NCBI GenBank assembly: GCA_963785305.1
Contig: CAWAUV010000009.1
Coordinates: forward strand, 288,001 to 352,000
Reading direction: 5' to 3'
Length of the DNA stretch: 64,000 nt
Source of the DNA: an uncultured Planctomycetaceae bacterium
GTDB taxonomy: Bacteria > Planctomycetota > Planctomycetia > Pirellulales > PALSA-1355
Shown here: in pieces, positions 10,467-22,003 of the stretch
How positions within the stretch are numbered: the first letter of the stretch is position 1
How the letters are laid out: the number at the start of each line of letters is the position of its first letter
Notes under the pieces: model-generated
Told to the model about the DNA's origin: nothing
What the model saw: only the letters and a program-made list of their open reading frames with translations
Databases searched by the model: none
Translations under genes and position numbers: made by a program

Positions 10467-12491
10467 TTAGCGCGGCTTGCCAACGCCCCCGGGTCGCTGA
10501 CGCGCCGCGGGCACGCTCGAGGGGGCCTCGGCCTGATAATGTTGTTGATCGCCGTTGGCCGCGAGCACGGCATCGTCGCGATCGCGCTCGGGCGATGCAT
10601 ATTCCGGCGTCATTTCCCGCAGTTTTTCCAAAAGCGGCGCATCCTCGCCCTCGACGAGTTGTCGCAGCACGTCGAGATCATGTCGCATCGCATGGAGCGA
10701 AACCGCCCGGTGGTGGGCGGCGAACAGTTTGGCGTGGGGCGTGGGCAGCGGCCGTTCGTCATCGGCATATAGTTGCTCCGAGAGTTTCTCGCCGGGACGC
10801 ATGCCCACGAATTCGATATCGATGGCATGTTCCGGGAGTCCGGCCATGCGAATCATTTGCTTGGCGAGGTCGAGAATCAGAATCGGCTGGCCCATGTCGA
10901 GCACGAAAATCTGCCCACGGCCGCCGATCGAGCCGGCCTGTAGCACGAGCTGCGACGCCTCGGCGATCGTCATGAAATAGCGATTCATCTCGGGATGCGT
11001 GAGCGTGATCGGGCCGCCTTGGCGAATCTGCTCGTAAAAGATCGGCGCCACGCTGCCGACCGAGCCGAGCACGTTGCCGAACCGCACGACGACGAATCGC
11101 GTGGACGAATGTTCGGCGAGCGCCATTACATAGTTTTCGCTGATGCGTTTCGACACGCCCATGATGCTCGAGGGATTCACGGCCTTGTCGGTCGAGATAT
11201 AAACGAATCGTTCGACGCCCATTTCATCGGCCAGTTCGGCCAGGAGCGCGGCGCCGAATACATTGTTCTTGATCGCTTCGCCCACATGGGTTTCGAGCAG
11301 CGGAACATGCTTATGCGCCGCGACATGAAACACGATCGTGGGCCGATGGGCGCGAAAGATGGCCCGCATCCGCGGCTCATCGGTAATATCGCCCAGGCAT
11401 GTGATGATGGGAGTCGACTCCAGCGAGGTCCGCAGTTCGCGATCGATCGCGAACAAGCTCGGCTCCGAACGATCGACGATCACCACCTCGCGGGGCGCGA
11501 AGCGCACAAGCTGCCGGCAAATTTCGGAACCGATGCTGCCGCCCGCGCCGGTCACGAGCGCCACTCCGCCGCGCAGCGCCTCGCGCACCGGGGCGTCGTC
11601 GAGCCGCACCGGTTCGCGCTGGAGCAGGCTTTCGACATCGAGCGGTTTGACATTTAGTAGTTTGTGGCTGCTCACCATTTGGCTGGGCGGCGGCAACACG
11701 TGCAGCCTCAAGCCGGCCGACTCGCATTGGGCTCGCAGTCGACGCAACTCCCCGCCCGGCAAGCTGCCGGCCACGACGATCACCTCCGAGGCCCGTCGCG
11801 CGCGAGCCGTGTCGAGCAATTGATCGATCGTGCCCAAGACCGGCACTCCGCCGAAGCGTTGCCCGGGCCAACTCGCGGTCTGATCGAGAAAACCGCAAAT
11901 CCGTAAGGGCAATTCGGGATGCAATTGCAATTGCAACGAGACGATCTTATCGGCCGTGCCGGCCCCGACCAGCAGTGCCCGATGATAGGTGTGTCGCTTG
12001 AGCCAGGGCACGGCAAACTCGGTCGCGCAGCGCCAGATCGAACGCTCGGCGCCGACATAGAGAATCGTGGCCGCGAAGTCGGCGAGCAGCACCAGCCTCG
12101 GCACGAACACCGGCAGCAAGCCGCATTGATTCGCGATCACCAGGCACAACAGGCTCCAGCTCGACGCTTGCCCGAGCGACACGAGATCGCGAAAGGAAAC
12201 ATGCCCCCACCAGGCTTTGAACTGCGACGCCAGGGCAAACACGCCCATCTTGATCGCCACGACATAAAACAGCGTCGGCCAAAACGCCTCGGCAAGCCAG
12301 GTCGGCACGCGGAGATCGAACCGGATCAGCACCGCGCTGCCAAAGGCGGCGGTGAAGGCCGCCAGGTGCGCGACCGCAGCCAGCCGCATTCGTGAGCGGC
12401 ATCGCGTCGCGAGTCGCCGGGCGCCGCCAACGAGGCCGCCGGTGAATGAAGGCGATGTGTTTGGGCCGGGTTCGTTGGTGGTCAGCGGCAC
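10467..12491 (-). CDS. Membrane-anchored UDP-GlcNAc 4,6-dehydratase (CapD/WbpM/PglF family)
   Basis: N-terminal TM helices, TGAGGSIGSEICRQ, AAHKHVPLLE, ISTDKAVNP, RFGNVLGS, RPGEKL. Confidence 0.92.
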   Translation of the reverse strand: MPLTTNEPGPNTSPSFTGGLVGGARRLATRCRSRMRLAAVAHLAAFTAAFGSAVLIRFDLRVPTWLAEAFWPTLFYVVAIKMGVFALASQFKAWWGHVSFRDLVSLGQASSWSLLCLVIANQCGLLPVFVPRLVLLADFAATILYVGAERSIWRCATEFAVPWLKRHTYHRALLVGAGTADKIVSLQLQLHPELPLRICGFLDQTASWPGQRFGGVPVLGTIDQLLDTARARRASEVIVVAGSLPGGELRRLRAQCESAGLRLHVLPPPSQMVSSHKLLNVKPLDVESLLQREPVRLDDAPVREALRGGVALVTGAGGSIGSEICRQLVRFAPREVVIVDRSEPSLFAIDRELRTSLESTPIITCLGDITDEPRMRAIFRAHRPTIVFHVAAHKHVPLLETHVGEAIKNNVFGAALLAELADEMGVERFVYISTDKAVNPSSIMGVSKRISENYVMALAEHSSTRFVVVRFGNVLGSVGSVAPIFYEQIRQGGPITLTHPEMNRYFMTIAEASQLVLQAGSIGGRGQIFVLDMGQPILILDLAKQMIRMAGLPEHAIDIEFVGMRPGEKLSEQLYADDERPLPTPHAKLFAAHHRAVSLHAMRHDLDVLRQLVEGEDAPLLEKLREMTPEYASPERDRDDAVLAANGDQQHYQAEAPSSVPAARQRPGGVGKPR

Positions 12492-12768
12492 GGGCGAGTC
12501 CCTCGCGACATGGGAGAAGTCTTCGGCGCGTCCGTGCGATGAATTTTCCAGCGGCCGCCCGATGGAGTCGTCGCGACCGAGTTGCGATCGTACAAGCCGC
12601 GCGGCAAAGCCCAGCCGATGAGGAGGTTTTTCCTCATTGCCTTCGCGTCAACCCAGCGGAAACGGAGGAATTTCTCCATCGCGCTCGGCAAGCGATGAGG
12701 CGCCGGCCCACAATGACCGTTCCCGCCGGCGAGCCCGCTCGCGAACCCTTTTGGTCTCAGGAGCATCC

Positions 12769-14258
12769 ATGAACTTCACTCCGGTCGACGACGTTTTTGC
12801 AATGTTCGCGCGTCGCTGGCGATGGATCGCTCCCCTCTGGGGCGCGTTGATCGTTTTCGCGGCAATCGGAATCGAACGCCTGCCCGACGTGTATCAATCC
12901 ACCGGCAAGCTGTTCGTGCGGCTGGGACGTGAAAACGTGACCCTCGATCCGACAGCCAATCTAGGCCAAGGCTCGATGAGCGCCGTGCCGCAGCTCCGCG
13001 ACCAGGAAATCAACACCGTGGTCGAGACCCTGCGCTCGCGCGTGCTTTACGAACGCGTGGTCGATGTGCTCGGGCCCGAGACGGTGCTGGCCGGCAATCC
13101 ATCGATGCTCGATTGGCTCTTGCCGCGCTCGCTACGGCCGCGCAACGAGGCGGTCGACCGCCTGGCACGGCGCTCGGAGGCGATGGCGGTGCGAAAGTCG
13201 AATTTGATCTCGATCGCCTGCGAGGGACCCGATCCGGCGCTGGCTCAGCGCGAAGCCCAAACGCTAGTCGACTGTTTTTTCGATTACCATCGGAGTTTGA
13301 ACCGCACCCCCGGGGCCGGGCCGTTTTTTGCCCGCCAAGCCAAACTCTTGGGCGAGCAACTCGCGGCGAAAGAAGCCGAGACCCTTGCGATCAAGAATCG
13401 GATGGGCGTGGTGTCGGTGGCCGAGCAAAAACGACTGCTTCTCGCCCGAGCCGACGCGCTCGAGCAAGATTGGCAAACCAGCGAAGCGTGCGTCATGGAG
13501 ACCGAAGCCGCGATTGCGGTGTTTCGCCAGCAAATCGCGAGCCTGCCCGAACAGTTCACCGTCGAGCGAAGCGAAGGCCACGCGAATTCTTCCGCCGACG
13601 CGATGCGCGACCGACTCTATACGCTCGAGGTGCAGGAAAGCGAACTAGCCGCCCGCTTGACCGACGATCATTTCCTGCTATGGCAGGCCCGCGAACAGCT
13701 TGCCCAGGCCCGCGAGATTCAGCAAACCGAACACGCGCGTCGCATGCGGATGAAAGGCGCCCGCAATCGCGCGTTCGACCAAGCTGAAACCTCGCTGCTG
13801 GCGAAAGAAGCCGAGCTCGCCGCGCATCGGGCCCGCGCCGAGGCGCAGCGCGCGGAACTCGACACGACCAAGCAAGAAATGCTCGCGCTCAACCAAGCCG
13901 AAGCCCAACTTGCCCAACTCGAGCGCGAGCTCGAATTGCTGCGCGATGATTACGGTAAATACAGCCAGAGCCTGGAGCAAACCCGGATCGACGAAGCGCT
14001 CGAAGCTGGCCGAATCTCGAATATCAGCGTGGCCGAGCCCCCCAGGCTGCCGCATCGCGCACTGCGGCCCAATCGTGCGTGTGGTTCGGCTTGGCCGTGG
14101 TGTTGGCGACCTGCGTGGCGCTGGCCACCGGCCTGGTGCTTGATGGAAAAGCGTGGCCCGCGCGGGTGACGAATCCTGTTCGCGCCGGCAACGTATTTGC
14201 CGGCCAGTTTTCCCAGAACTCTAGCGACGGCGCTGCCGTCAACGAGGTATTGGTATGA
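12769..14258 (+). CDS. GumC/Wzc-like polysaccharide co-polymerase (no kinase domain; frameshift near 14075)
   Basis: AGGAG RBS, N-terminal TM, long coiled coil, NISVAEPP; second TM in a shifted frame ends at TGA overlapping the next ATG. Confidence 0.78.
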
Positions 14259-14922
14259 TCGACGCCGACCTGCCGGGAATCTTGATTTATGGAGCTGGCG
14301 GACAAGCCAGTGTCACCTGGGACGCGGTGCGCAAGCAACGGCGCTTTCGCCCCGTGGGGTTTATCGCCGATGATTGTCCGCCGGGCGAGGAGCGGCGCTT
14401 CCTTGACCTGCCGATTGTTTCGTTTCACTCGCTCCGCGATCGCCGCGCCGCGCTGCCCGAGAACTTCATCGTTGCGATCGGAGATAACGTGGTGAGGCAG
14501 GCGAAATTCGCGATCATGGAATCGCTCGGCTTCCGTGCGGCCACGGTCGCGCATCCGCAGGCGTGCGTCGGCCATGGGGTCGAGATCGGGCGAGGTTCGT
14601 TCTTGAGCGCGGGAGTCGTCATCGACACCGACGTCGCGATCGGCGAGGGAGCGCTGCTGAACGTGGCGCGGCCGTCGGCCACGAAACTCGTATCGGCCGT
14701 TTCGCGCATATCGGCCCACGAACCGTCATCGGCGCCCGTTGCCGGATCGGCTCGCAGTTCGGCTCGGGAATCGGAGCGGCCATGATCTCGGGCCTCGGCG
14801 CCGGGCGAAATTGTTTTTTGGCTGCCGGGGCGCTGGTGACCAAGGAAATGCCCGATGACTGCGTGGCCCTCGGATCGCCGGCGCGGTTCCGCTCGCGCGA
14901 GGCGGCGCTCGTCGATTCTTGA
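14255..14922 (+). CDS. NeuD/PglD-family sugar acetyltransferase (frameshift near 14665)
   Basis: LIYGAGGQA, VAIGDNVVR, hexapeptide repeats, AGALVTKEMP..ALGSPAR. Confidence 0.82.
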
Positions 14923-15095
14923 GATGTCGGGGGCCGATCTGCTCTGTGCTTTCCGCGGGAAGCGCGCGTAAAATGCTAGTGGCCGCCCTCGTGGGGGACC
15001 GCTCGGCGCCTGCTTGGCGCCCCGGGCGTTGTTTCCTCGCGTGGGCGGACACGGAATCGCGGCGATCACGTCACCCCCCGGAGAGCTCGGACGCC

Positions 15096-16808
15096 ATGCA
15101 CGAAAATCAGAGCGGCATTGCAAAGATTCCCGCGCCCGACGCCAAGCGTCGCCTGCCGCCACCCGCCGCGGAAGTGGCCGGCCTTTCAATCGGCCAGTAT
15201 CTCGTTCGCCGACTGCAGGACTATGGCATCGAGCATGTGTTCGGCATTCCGGGCGACTATGTGCTGGGGTTTTATTCCTTGCTGGAAAAAAGCCCGATCG
15301 AAGTGATCGGCTGCACCCGCGAGGATTCGGCCGGCTTCGCGGCCGACGCCTATGCCCGCATGCGTGGCATGGGCGCGGTGTGTGTCACCTATTGCGTGGG
15401 CGGGCTCAGCCTATGCAACTCCGTGGCCGGCATGTATGCCGAAAAATCGCCGGTGGTGGTCATCACCGGATCGCCGGGCGTATCGGAGCGGGTCAACAAT
15501 CCGCTCTTGCATCACAAGGTCAAGGACTTTCACACACAGTTCGATGTCTTCGAGAAGCTGTGCATCGCGGGAGCCGAGCTCGATGATCCGTGGATCGCTT
15601 TCGAGGAGATCGACCGCGTGCTGCATGCCGCGGCGGCCTTCAAGCGGCCGGTATATCTTGAAATTCCGCGCGACATGGTGCATGTCGTGCCCGACGCGCG
15701 GCGGCAATTCAAGGACCCGAATTCGGCGAGCGATCCCGAGTCGCTGGCCGAGGCGGTGGCCGAAGCCGCGCGCTGGATTTCCTCGTGCGAGCGGCCGGTG
15801 ATTCTGGGCGGCGTCGAGATCCATCGCTTTGGCCTGCAAGACGAGCTCGTGGCCCTGGCCGAGGGCAGCCAGATCGCCATCACGACGACCCTGCTCGGCA
15901 AAGGCATAATTTCGGAAACGCATCCGCTGTTCGTGGGTCAATATGAAGGCGCGATGGGCAACGACGCGGTGACGCGCTTCGTCGAGGAAAGCGATTGCGT
16001 GCTCCTGCTCGGCGCTTTCATGACCGATTTGAACCTCGGCATTTACACTGCGAATCTCGATCCTGGCAAGTGTATTTACGCCACGAGCGAACAGCTTCGC
16101 CTTCGGCATCATCACTTTCACAATGTGCTGCTGGTCGACTTCATGCGCGAGCTTGTCGCCCGCAAGCCGCCGGCGGCCCCGCGCGAGCGTCCCAAGATCA
16201 AGAGCCTGGCGAACGAAAAGTTCACGCTCCAGCCCGACGCGCCGATCAAGATCAGCCGCTTGATCGCCCGGCTCAATGAAACCGTGGTCGCCGACACGGT
16301 GGTGATCGCCGATATCGGCGACTCGCTGTTTTCGACGCAAGAACTGATCACCCGGGGCCGCACGGAATTCATCAGCCCAGCCTATTACACCTCGATGGGG
16401 TTCGCGGTTCCGGCGGCGCTCGGCGCGTCGGTGGCCCGCGAGGATCAACGGGTGATCGTGGTGGTGGGCGATGGCGCGTTTCAAATGACCGGCATGGAGC
16501 TCTCGACCATTGTCCGCCATGGGTTCTCGCCGATCGTGATCGTGCTCGACAATCAGGGCTACGGCACCGAGCGCGTGCTCCACCCGGGCGATTTCAATGA
16601 GATTCATCCGTGGGCCTATCATAAGCTGCCGGCGGTGATCGGCGGCGGAACCGGCTACGAAGTGCGCACCGAGGGCGACTTCGACGCGGCGCTGACCAAA
16701 GCCTGGGCCGACCGGAGCGGTCCCAGTATCTTGCAGGTGCAAATTGCCCACGACGATTGCAGCCGCGCCCTCGGACGACTGGCGGAGAAGCTCAGCAAGC
16801 GAGTATGA
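15096..16808 (+). CDS. TPP-dependent 2-oxo-acid (indolepyruvate/pyruvate) decarboxylase
   Basis: HVFGIPGDY, AADAYAR, GDGAFQMTG...LDNQGYG TPP-binding motif. Confidence 0.9.
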   Translation: MHENQSGIAKIPAPDAKRRLPPPAAEVAGLSIGQYLVRRLQDYGIEHVFGIPGDYVLGFYSLLEKSPIEVIGCTREDSAGFAADAYARMRGMGAVCVTYCVGGLSLCNSVAGMYAEKSPVVVITGSPGVSERVNNPLLHHKVKDFHTQFDVFEKLCIAGAELDDPWIAFEEIDRVLHAAAAFKRPVYLEIPRDMVHVVPDARRQFKDPNSASDPESLAEAVAEAARWISSCERPVILGGVEIHRFGLQDELVALAEGSQIAITTTLLGKGIISETHPLFVGQYEGAMGNDAVTRFVEESDCVLLLGAFMTDLNLGIYTANLDPGKCIYATSEQLRLRHHHFHNVLLVDFMRELVARKPPAAPRERPKIKSLANEKFTLQPDAPIKISRLIARLNETVVADTVVIADIGDSLFSTQELITRGRTEFISPAYYTSMGFAVPAALGASVAREDQRVIVVVGDGAFQMTGMELSTIVRHGFSPIVIVLDNQGYGTERVLHPGDFNEIHPWAYHKLPAVIGGGTGYEVRTEGDFDAALTKAWADRSGPSILQVQIAHDDCSRALGRLAEKLSKRV

Positions 16809-16911
16809 TTTCCGTCGCGGATTGGCCGCGTGGAGCCGGGTATTTTCGTGGCGCCATGTTCGCGCCGCCGCAGTCCCCCCGGCAATCCAAATCGCGAGGC
16901 GCTCGAACGTT

Positions 16912-17107
16912 ATGATGCGAAATCGTCCGTTGTGGTATTACGGATTGCTGTGCCTCGTGGCGTCGGCATTGCCGCAGGTTCTGTTTCCGGCGCCGCGATC
17001 CCCAAGAAGCCGACGTGCGCATGCACGCGATGCTGCTGTTTTCGGGCATCGGCGTGGCGCTCATCTTGGCGAGCGCCGTGCAAATTTGGCGAAGAAAACG
17101 CGACTGA
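16912..17107 (+). CDS. Small two-TM hypothetical protein (frameshifted)
   Basis: MMRNRPLWYYGLLCLVASALPQVLF then, in another frame, MHAMLLFSGIGVALILASAVQIWRRKRD*. Confidence 0.35.
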
Positions 17108-17261
17108 CCGGGCAATGCCCGAAGCGCCGCGCGCTTGCTTGGCAGTGCGGCCGCGGGCTATGCTATTTCGGAACTTGTGCGTTTGCCCACCCCAAAAAAA
17201 TTCGATCTCCCCACGCCGCGCGTCGCCTGGAGCGCGGGCCGCAAATCGCCTTGGAGTACCC

Positions 17262-18413
17262 ATGAAAATTCTTACGATCGTGGCGTCGGTGGCAGCCATG
17301 GCAGTTTCGCTGGCCGAGGCCTCCGATACGCAGACCCGCGACAACACCCCCCGGAGCAAGACCGCCGTGAACGTGAAGCAGGCCCCCTTTGGCACGACCA
17401 GCGACGGAAAAACCGCGACGCTCTACACCTGCGTCAATTCCCATGGCCTGGTGCTGAAGCTGACCGACCATGGCGCTTTTGTCACCGGCGTCGAGACGCC
17501 TGATCGCCATGGCAAGCTCGCCGAAATCACGCTCGGCTTCAAGACGCTCGATGGCTATCTCACGCACAAAGCCCATTTCGGCGGCACGATCGGCCGCTAT
17601 GGCAACCGCATCGCCAAGGGCAAGTTCACGCTCGACGGAAAGACCTATCAGCTTGCCACGAACAATGGCCCCAACCACTTGCACGGCGGCCCCACGGGAT
17701 TCGACCATCGCCTCTGGCGCGGCGAAGTGATCGAGCGGCCGGGTGTCGCGGGCGTGAAATTCAGCTACAAGAGCGCCGATGGCGAGGAAGGATATCCCGG
17801 CGCCCTCGATGTGAGCGTCGCCTACACGCTCGACGACGAAGATCAATTGAAAATGGAATATTGGGCCACGACCGATAAACCGACGGTGGTGAATCTCACC
17901 AACCACTGCTATTGGAACCTCGCGGGCGGCGGCAATATCCTCGACGAACGCGTGATGATCAACGCCGATCGCTATCTGCCGGTCGACGCCACCGCGATTC
18001 CCACCGGCGAGCTTGCCCCGGTCGCGGGAACCGTGATGGACTTCCTGAAGAGCCATCCGATCGGCGACAAGATCGCCCAGACGGACAATGGTCCCGGCAA
18101 CCCCCTGGGCTACGATCACTGCTATGTGCTCCGGGGAGAGCCGGGCCAACTCAAGCTCGCGGCCCGGGTCGAAGATCCGAAAAGCGGCCGTGTGATGGAG
18201 GTCTCCACGACCGAGCCGGGCATTCAGTTCTACACCGGCAATTTTCTCGATGGCGACCCGATCAACGGCGGCCACGCGAAGCATGCGGCCCTGTGCCTGG
18301 AAGCCGAGCACTTCCCGGATTCGCCCAATCAGCCGAAGTTTCCCTCGACCGAATTGCGGCCCGGCCAGCAGTACCATCAATTGACGGTGCATAAGTTCAG
18401 CGTCGAAAAGTAA
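17262..18413 (+). CDS. galM: Aldose 1-epimerase (galactose mutarotase), with signal peptide
   Basis: GRYGNRIAKG, NHLHGG, EEGYPG, NLTNHCYWNL, QFYTGNFLDG; GGAG RBS. Confidence 0.92.
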   Translation: MKILTIVASVAAMAVSLAEASDTQTRDNTPRSKTAVNVKQAPFGTTSDGKTATLYTCVNSHGLVLKLTDHGAFVTGVETPDRHGKLAEITLGFKTLDGYLTHKAHFGGTIGRYGNRIAKGKFTLDGKTYQLATNNGPNHLHGGPTGFDHRLWRGEVIERPGVAGVKFSYKSADGEEGYPGALDVSVAYTLDDEDQLKMEYWATTDKPTVVNLTNHCYWNLAGGGNILDERVMINADRYLPVDATAIPTGELAPVAGTVMDFLKSHPIGDKIAQTDNGPGNPLGYDHCYVLRGEPGQLKLAARVEDPKSGRVMEVSTTEPGIQFYTGNFLDGDPINGGHAKHAALCLEAEHFPDSPNQPKFPSTELRPGQQYHQLTVHKFSVEK

Positions 18414-18417
18414 CGGT

Positions 18418-18446
18418 CTCGGCGTTTTCCGCCGAGCGATTTTTTT
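18418..18446 (+). terminator. Probable intrinsic terminator/attenuator after galM
   Basis: CTCGGCG-TTTTC-CGCCGAG hairpin followed by a T run. Confidence 0.5.
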
Positions 18447-18460
18447 CCGGCTGTACGGAC

Positions 18461-19140
18461 ATGAATTACTTCGCGCATGCCCGGCATTTGCTCGACGACC
18501 CCTATCGGCTGGCCGGCGCCGCGGCGCCCGACTGGCTGAATGTTCATGATCGCGGCTGCCGGTTGCGCTTGCGCGGCGTCGTGCCGCTGCTGGACGACGC
18601 GGATCCGCGCGTGGCCGCGTTTGCTCGAGGCGTGCTCGACCATTTGCATGATGATCGGTGGTTCCACGAGACTCTCGCGTTTGTCGAGCTCTCGCTGCGG
18701 TTTTCGCGCGAGATCGGCCGGCGGTTCGTCGATCCCCAGGGGCATCGGTCCTGGTTTCTCGGGCACATTTTGGTCGAGCTCCTGCTCGACGCGACACTGA
18801 TCGCCGCCGCGCCCGAGCGGCTTGCCCGGTATTATGAATCGCTGGCCACGACCGACGACGCGCTCGTGCGCGCTGCAATCTCGCGGGCCACGGGCAAACA
18901 GGCCGAGGGACTGGCGCGATTTCTACCGGCCTTTCGGCAAGTGCGCGTTCTTTGTGGGATTATCTCGAGGATGCGAAACTGCTGACGCGATTGAATCAAG
19001 TGCTCGCGCGCGTCGGGCTGGCGCTGCTCGACGAGAGCTTCATCGAATGGCTTCCCGAAGCTCGCGCGTGTGTCGCCGCCTCGGCCGATGCCCTGCTGGC
19101 CGAGCCCGCCCGCGAGTTGGAACCGGCGGCGGGGCATTGA
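18461..19140 (+). CDS. AcpH/zinc-phospholipase-like hypothetical protein (frameshift near 18950)
   Basis: MNYFAH...PDWL...HLHDDRWFH...GHILVELLLD metal-ligand pattern. Confidence 0.5.
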
Positions 19141-19228
19141 CCGGCCCGCGGCGGGTCGGCACGTCGCCGGCCGCGTAAAAAGAGATTCTCCACACCCACT
19201 CCATAAAAACCCCTGGGAGCAAGCGGCG

Positions 19229-20084
19229 ATGCAATATGGAATGAACCTGCTCTTGTGGAACGGCGATCTGGGCGAGAGCGATCTGCCGACGCTCGAAATG
19301 CTCAAGAAGCTGGGCTACGACGGCGTCGAACTGCCGATGTTCAATCTCGATGTCGAAAAGTTCGCCATGCTGGGTCGCTGGCTCGATAGTCTTGGGCTCG
19401 CGCGCACCGGGGTAACGATTCGCACCGGCGCCGACAATCCGATCAGCCCCGATCCAAAAATTCGCGCGGTTGGAGTGGCGAAGACGAAGCTCACGCTCGA
19501 TTGTTGCAAAGCCGCCGGGGCCGCGGCCCTGATCGGGCCGTATCATTCGGCAATCGGGGAGTTCAGCGGCGCCGGGCCCACGCGCGACGAATGGCGCTGG
19601 GGCGTTGATAGCATGCGCGAAGTGGCCGAATACGCCGACAAACTGGGGATCATGCTCGGCGTCGAATACCTCAATCGGTTCGAGACCTATTTGCTCACAT
19701 CGGCGGCCGACGCCGTGCGGTTCGTCAAGGATGTCGATCACCCGCGCTGTTTGACGATGTACGACACGTTTCATGCCAACATCGAGGAAAAGGGACTTGC
19801 CGAGGCGATTCGCGTTTGCGCCTCCGCACATGCTGCAAGTGCATATTTCGGAAAACGATCGCGGCACGCCCGGCCAAGGCCACGTCGATTGGAAAACCAC
19901 TTTCGACACGCTGGCCGAAGTGGGCTACGACGGTTGGCTCGTGGTCGAGGCATTTGGACTCGCCCTGCCCGAGATCGCCGCGGCCACGAAGATCTGGCGT
20001 CGGATGTATGATAGCGAAGAGCAACTGGCCCGCGACGCGCTGAGTTTCATGAAGCGCGAAGTGGCGGCGCGTGGACGGAAGTAA
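19229..20084 (+). CDS. Sugar phosphate isomerase / D-tagatose 3-epimerase family (frameshift near 19825)
   Basis: GYDGVELP, EYLNRFE, YDTFHANIEE, HISENDRGTPG, VVEAF. Confidence 0.87.
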
Positions 20085-20096
20085 GCAGGTTGCCTC

Positions 20097-20912
20097 ATGG
20101 CGGGAAAGCGAAATAATCCGTCGCCTCGTCGCGGCGCCCTTGCGGCGCCCATTGCCGCGCCCGACGCCTCGGCGCTGTGCGCGGTCGACGATGCCCACGG
20201 CCTTTCGCTCGATCAACTGAGCGCCGCCTTCGCGCAGCTCCTGTCGACCGGCGCCGATCCCTATTCGCCGGCGCCATCGCCCGTGGGCGGCGCTCCGGAA
20301 GCCGTCGCGGACGCCTTGGACGAAGAAACGCCGGAAGGTCGGGTTTCCGAATCCGGGGAACTCGCCGCCCAGAGCGCCGCGGCCGATCCGGGCGAAGTCA
20401 CGCCGCGGGGCATCGTCGAGGCGATTCTGTTCGTCGGTTCGCCGACGGCCGAAGGACTTTCGAGCGCCGAAATCGCGGGCCTGATGCGCGGCGTGCGTCC
20501 GGCGGAAGTCGATGCGCTCGTCAAGGAATTGAACGCCCTCTACTCCCAGCGAGGGGCTGCCTGCCGAATTTTCGATTCTGGCAAAGGCTACCGATTAGAA
20601 CTGCGGCCCGAGATGGATCGGGTGCGGGATAAGTTTTATGGAAGGGCGCGGCGCGCGAAGTTATCGCAATCCGCGATCGAGGTGCTTTCCCTAGTGGCGT
20701 ATCACGAGCCGATCGCGGCCGAGGAAATCGATCGACTACGTAGCGCCGCCAGCAAGGCGATATTGTCGCAACTCGTTCGCCGGGAACTGTTGCAGGTCGA
20801 GCGAACGGCCGGCTCGCGGCAGTGCTCGTACTCCACGACGCGGCGATTTCTCGCGTTGTTTGGACTTGAATCCACGGCCGATCTTCCCAAAAGCAATGAT
20901 TCTCCGGCATAA
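20097..20912 (+). CDS. scpB: SMC-Scp complex subunit ScpB
   Basis: VEAILFV, LSQSAIEVLSLVAYHEPI, YSTTRRFLALFGLES..DLP. Confidence 0.88.
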   Translation: MAGKRNNPSPRRGALAAPIAAPDASALCAVDDAHGLSLDQLSAAFAQLLSTGADPYSPAPSPVGGAPEAVADALDEETPEGRVSESGELAAQSAAADPGEVTPRGIVEAILFVGSPTAEGLSSAEIAGLMRGVRPAEVDALVKELNALYSQRGAACRIFDSGKGYRLELRPEMDRVRDKFYGRARRAKLSQSAIEVLSLVAYHEPIAAEEIDRLRSAASKAILSQLVRRELLQVERTAGSRQCSYSTTRRFLALFGLESTADLPKSNDSPA

Positions 20913-21119
20913 GATTTTGTGGTATTATGATGCCGTTGCTTCGGCCGACCTGATGCAGCTAGGACCTGCGGCGTCGCGCAATCGCCGCGCTCCATGCTGA
21001 CGCGGGGCCTTCCAATGATTAAAATAATTCCTTCGTCGTTCGATCGCCGTGAGCGCGGCGCCGGCGATTCAAAATTCGATAGTGCTTTGTAGGGAGCGTC
21101 GATCGACGCCAGTTCGTCC

Positions 21120-21816
21120 ATGTCAAAACTCACGCCGTCACGTGCCTCGTTCGTGCGCCTTGGCGCCTCGGGGCCTGTCGTGCTCCCTTCGCTGCTGCTT
21201 TGCGATTTCGCCGAGTTGGGCCGCGAGATCCACCGCTTGGAAGAGGCGGGGGCCGAAGCGCTGCACCTGGATGTGATGGACGGCCAGTTCGTGCCCAACT
21301 TCACCTACGGGCTCACGATTGTCGCCGCGACTCGCAAAGTCACCAAGCTGCCGCTCGATGTGCATTTGATGATCGCCACTCCGGAGCGCATCGTCGAGCA
21401 GTTCGCCGAGGCCGGCGGAGACCATCTCACCGTGCATCTCGAGGCGACCAAGCACCCGCTGACGCTCTTGGAGCAAATTCACCGGGCCGGCGCTTCGGCC
21501 GGACTCGCGATCAATCCCGAGACGCCGCTAACCGCGATCGAGCCGTGTTTGGACCATTGCGACTCGGTGCTGGTCATGAGTGTGTCGCCGGGCTTTGGCG
21601 GACAGGCGTTTGAGCCGGTGGCCCTCGAAAAGCTCAAGGCATTGCGCCAGCCGCGGGCCCGACTTTCGCTTGGGCGTCGATGGCGGCGTGAACGACCACA
21701 CGATTGCCGCTTGCTCGGCCGCGGGCGCGAATTGGTTTGTCGTTGGTTCGGGAATTTTCAAGCAGCCAAACTACGGCGAGAGTATCGCCCGGTTGACCCG
21801 TTTGGCTCGAGTCTAA
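21120..21816 (+). CDS. rpe: Ribulose-phosphate 3-epimerase (frameshift near 21645)
   Basis: HLDVMDGQFVPNFTYG, DVHLMI, VMSVSPGFGGQ, VDGGVN. Confidence 0.92.
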
Positions 21817-22003
21817 CCTTAGGAGACGAATGACCACGCGTTTATTTTCGGCGAGCGACTTTGCTCGCCGCGGCCGGCGCATGCTGGCCGGGTCGATCGA
21901 CATGGTTCGACATTTGGATACGCGATCCACGGACGTCCCCAGTCGCTTGCCGGCGGTTGCCGGCGGCAGGGCGCCGGCTTTTCGGGAGGACATCAAAGAT
22001 TCC

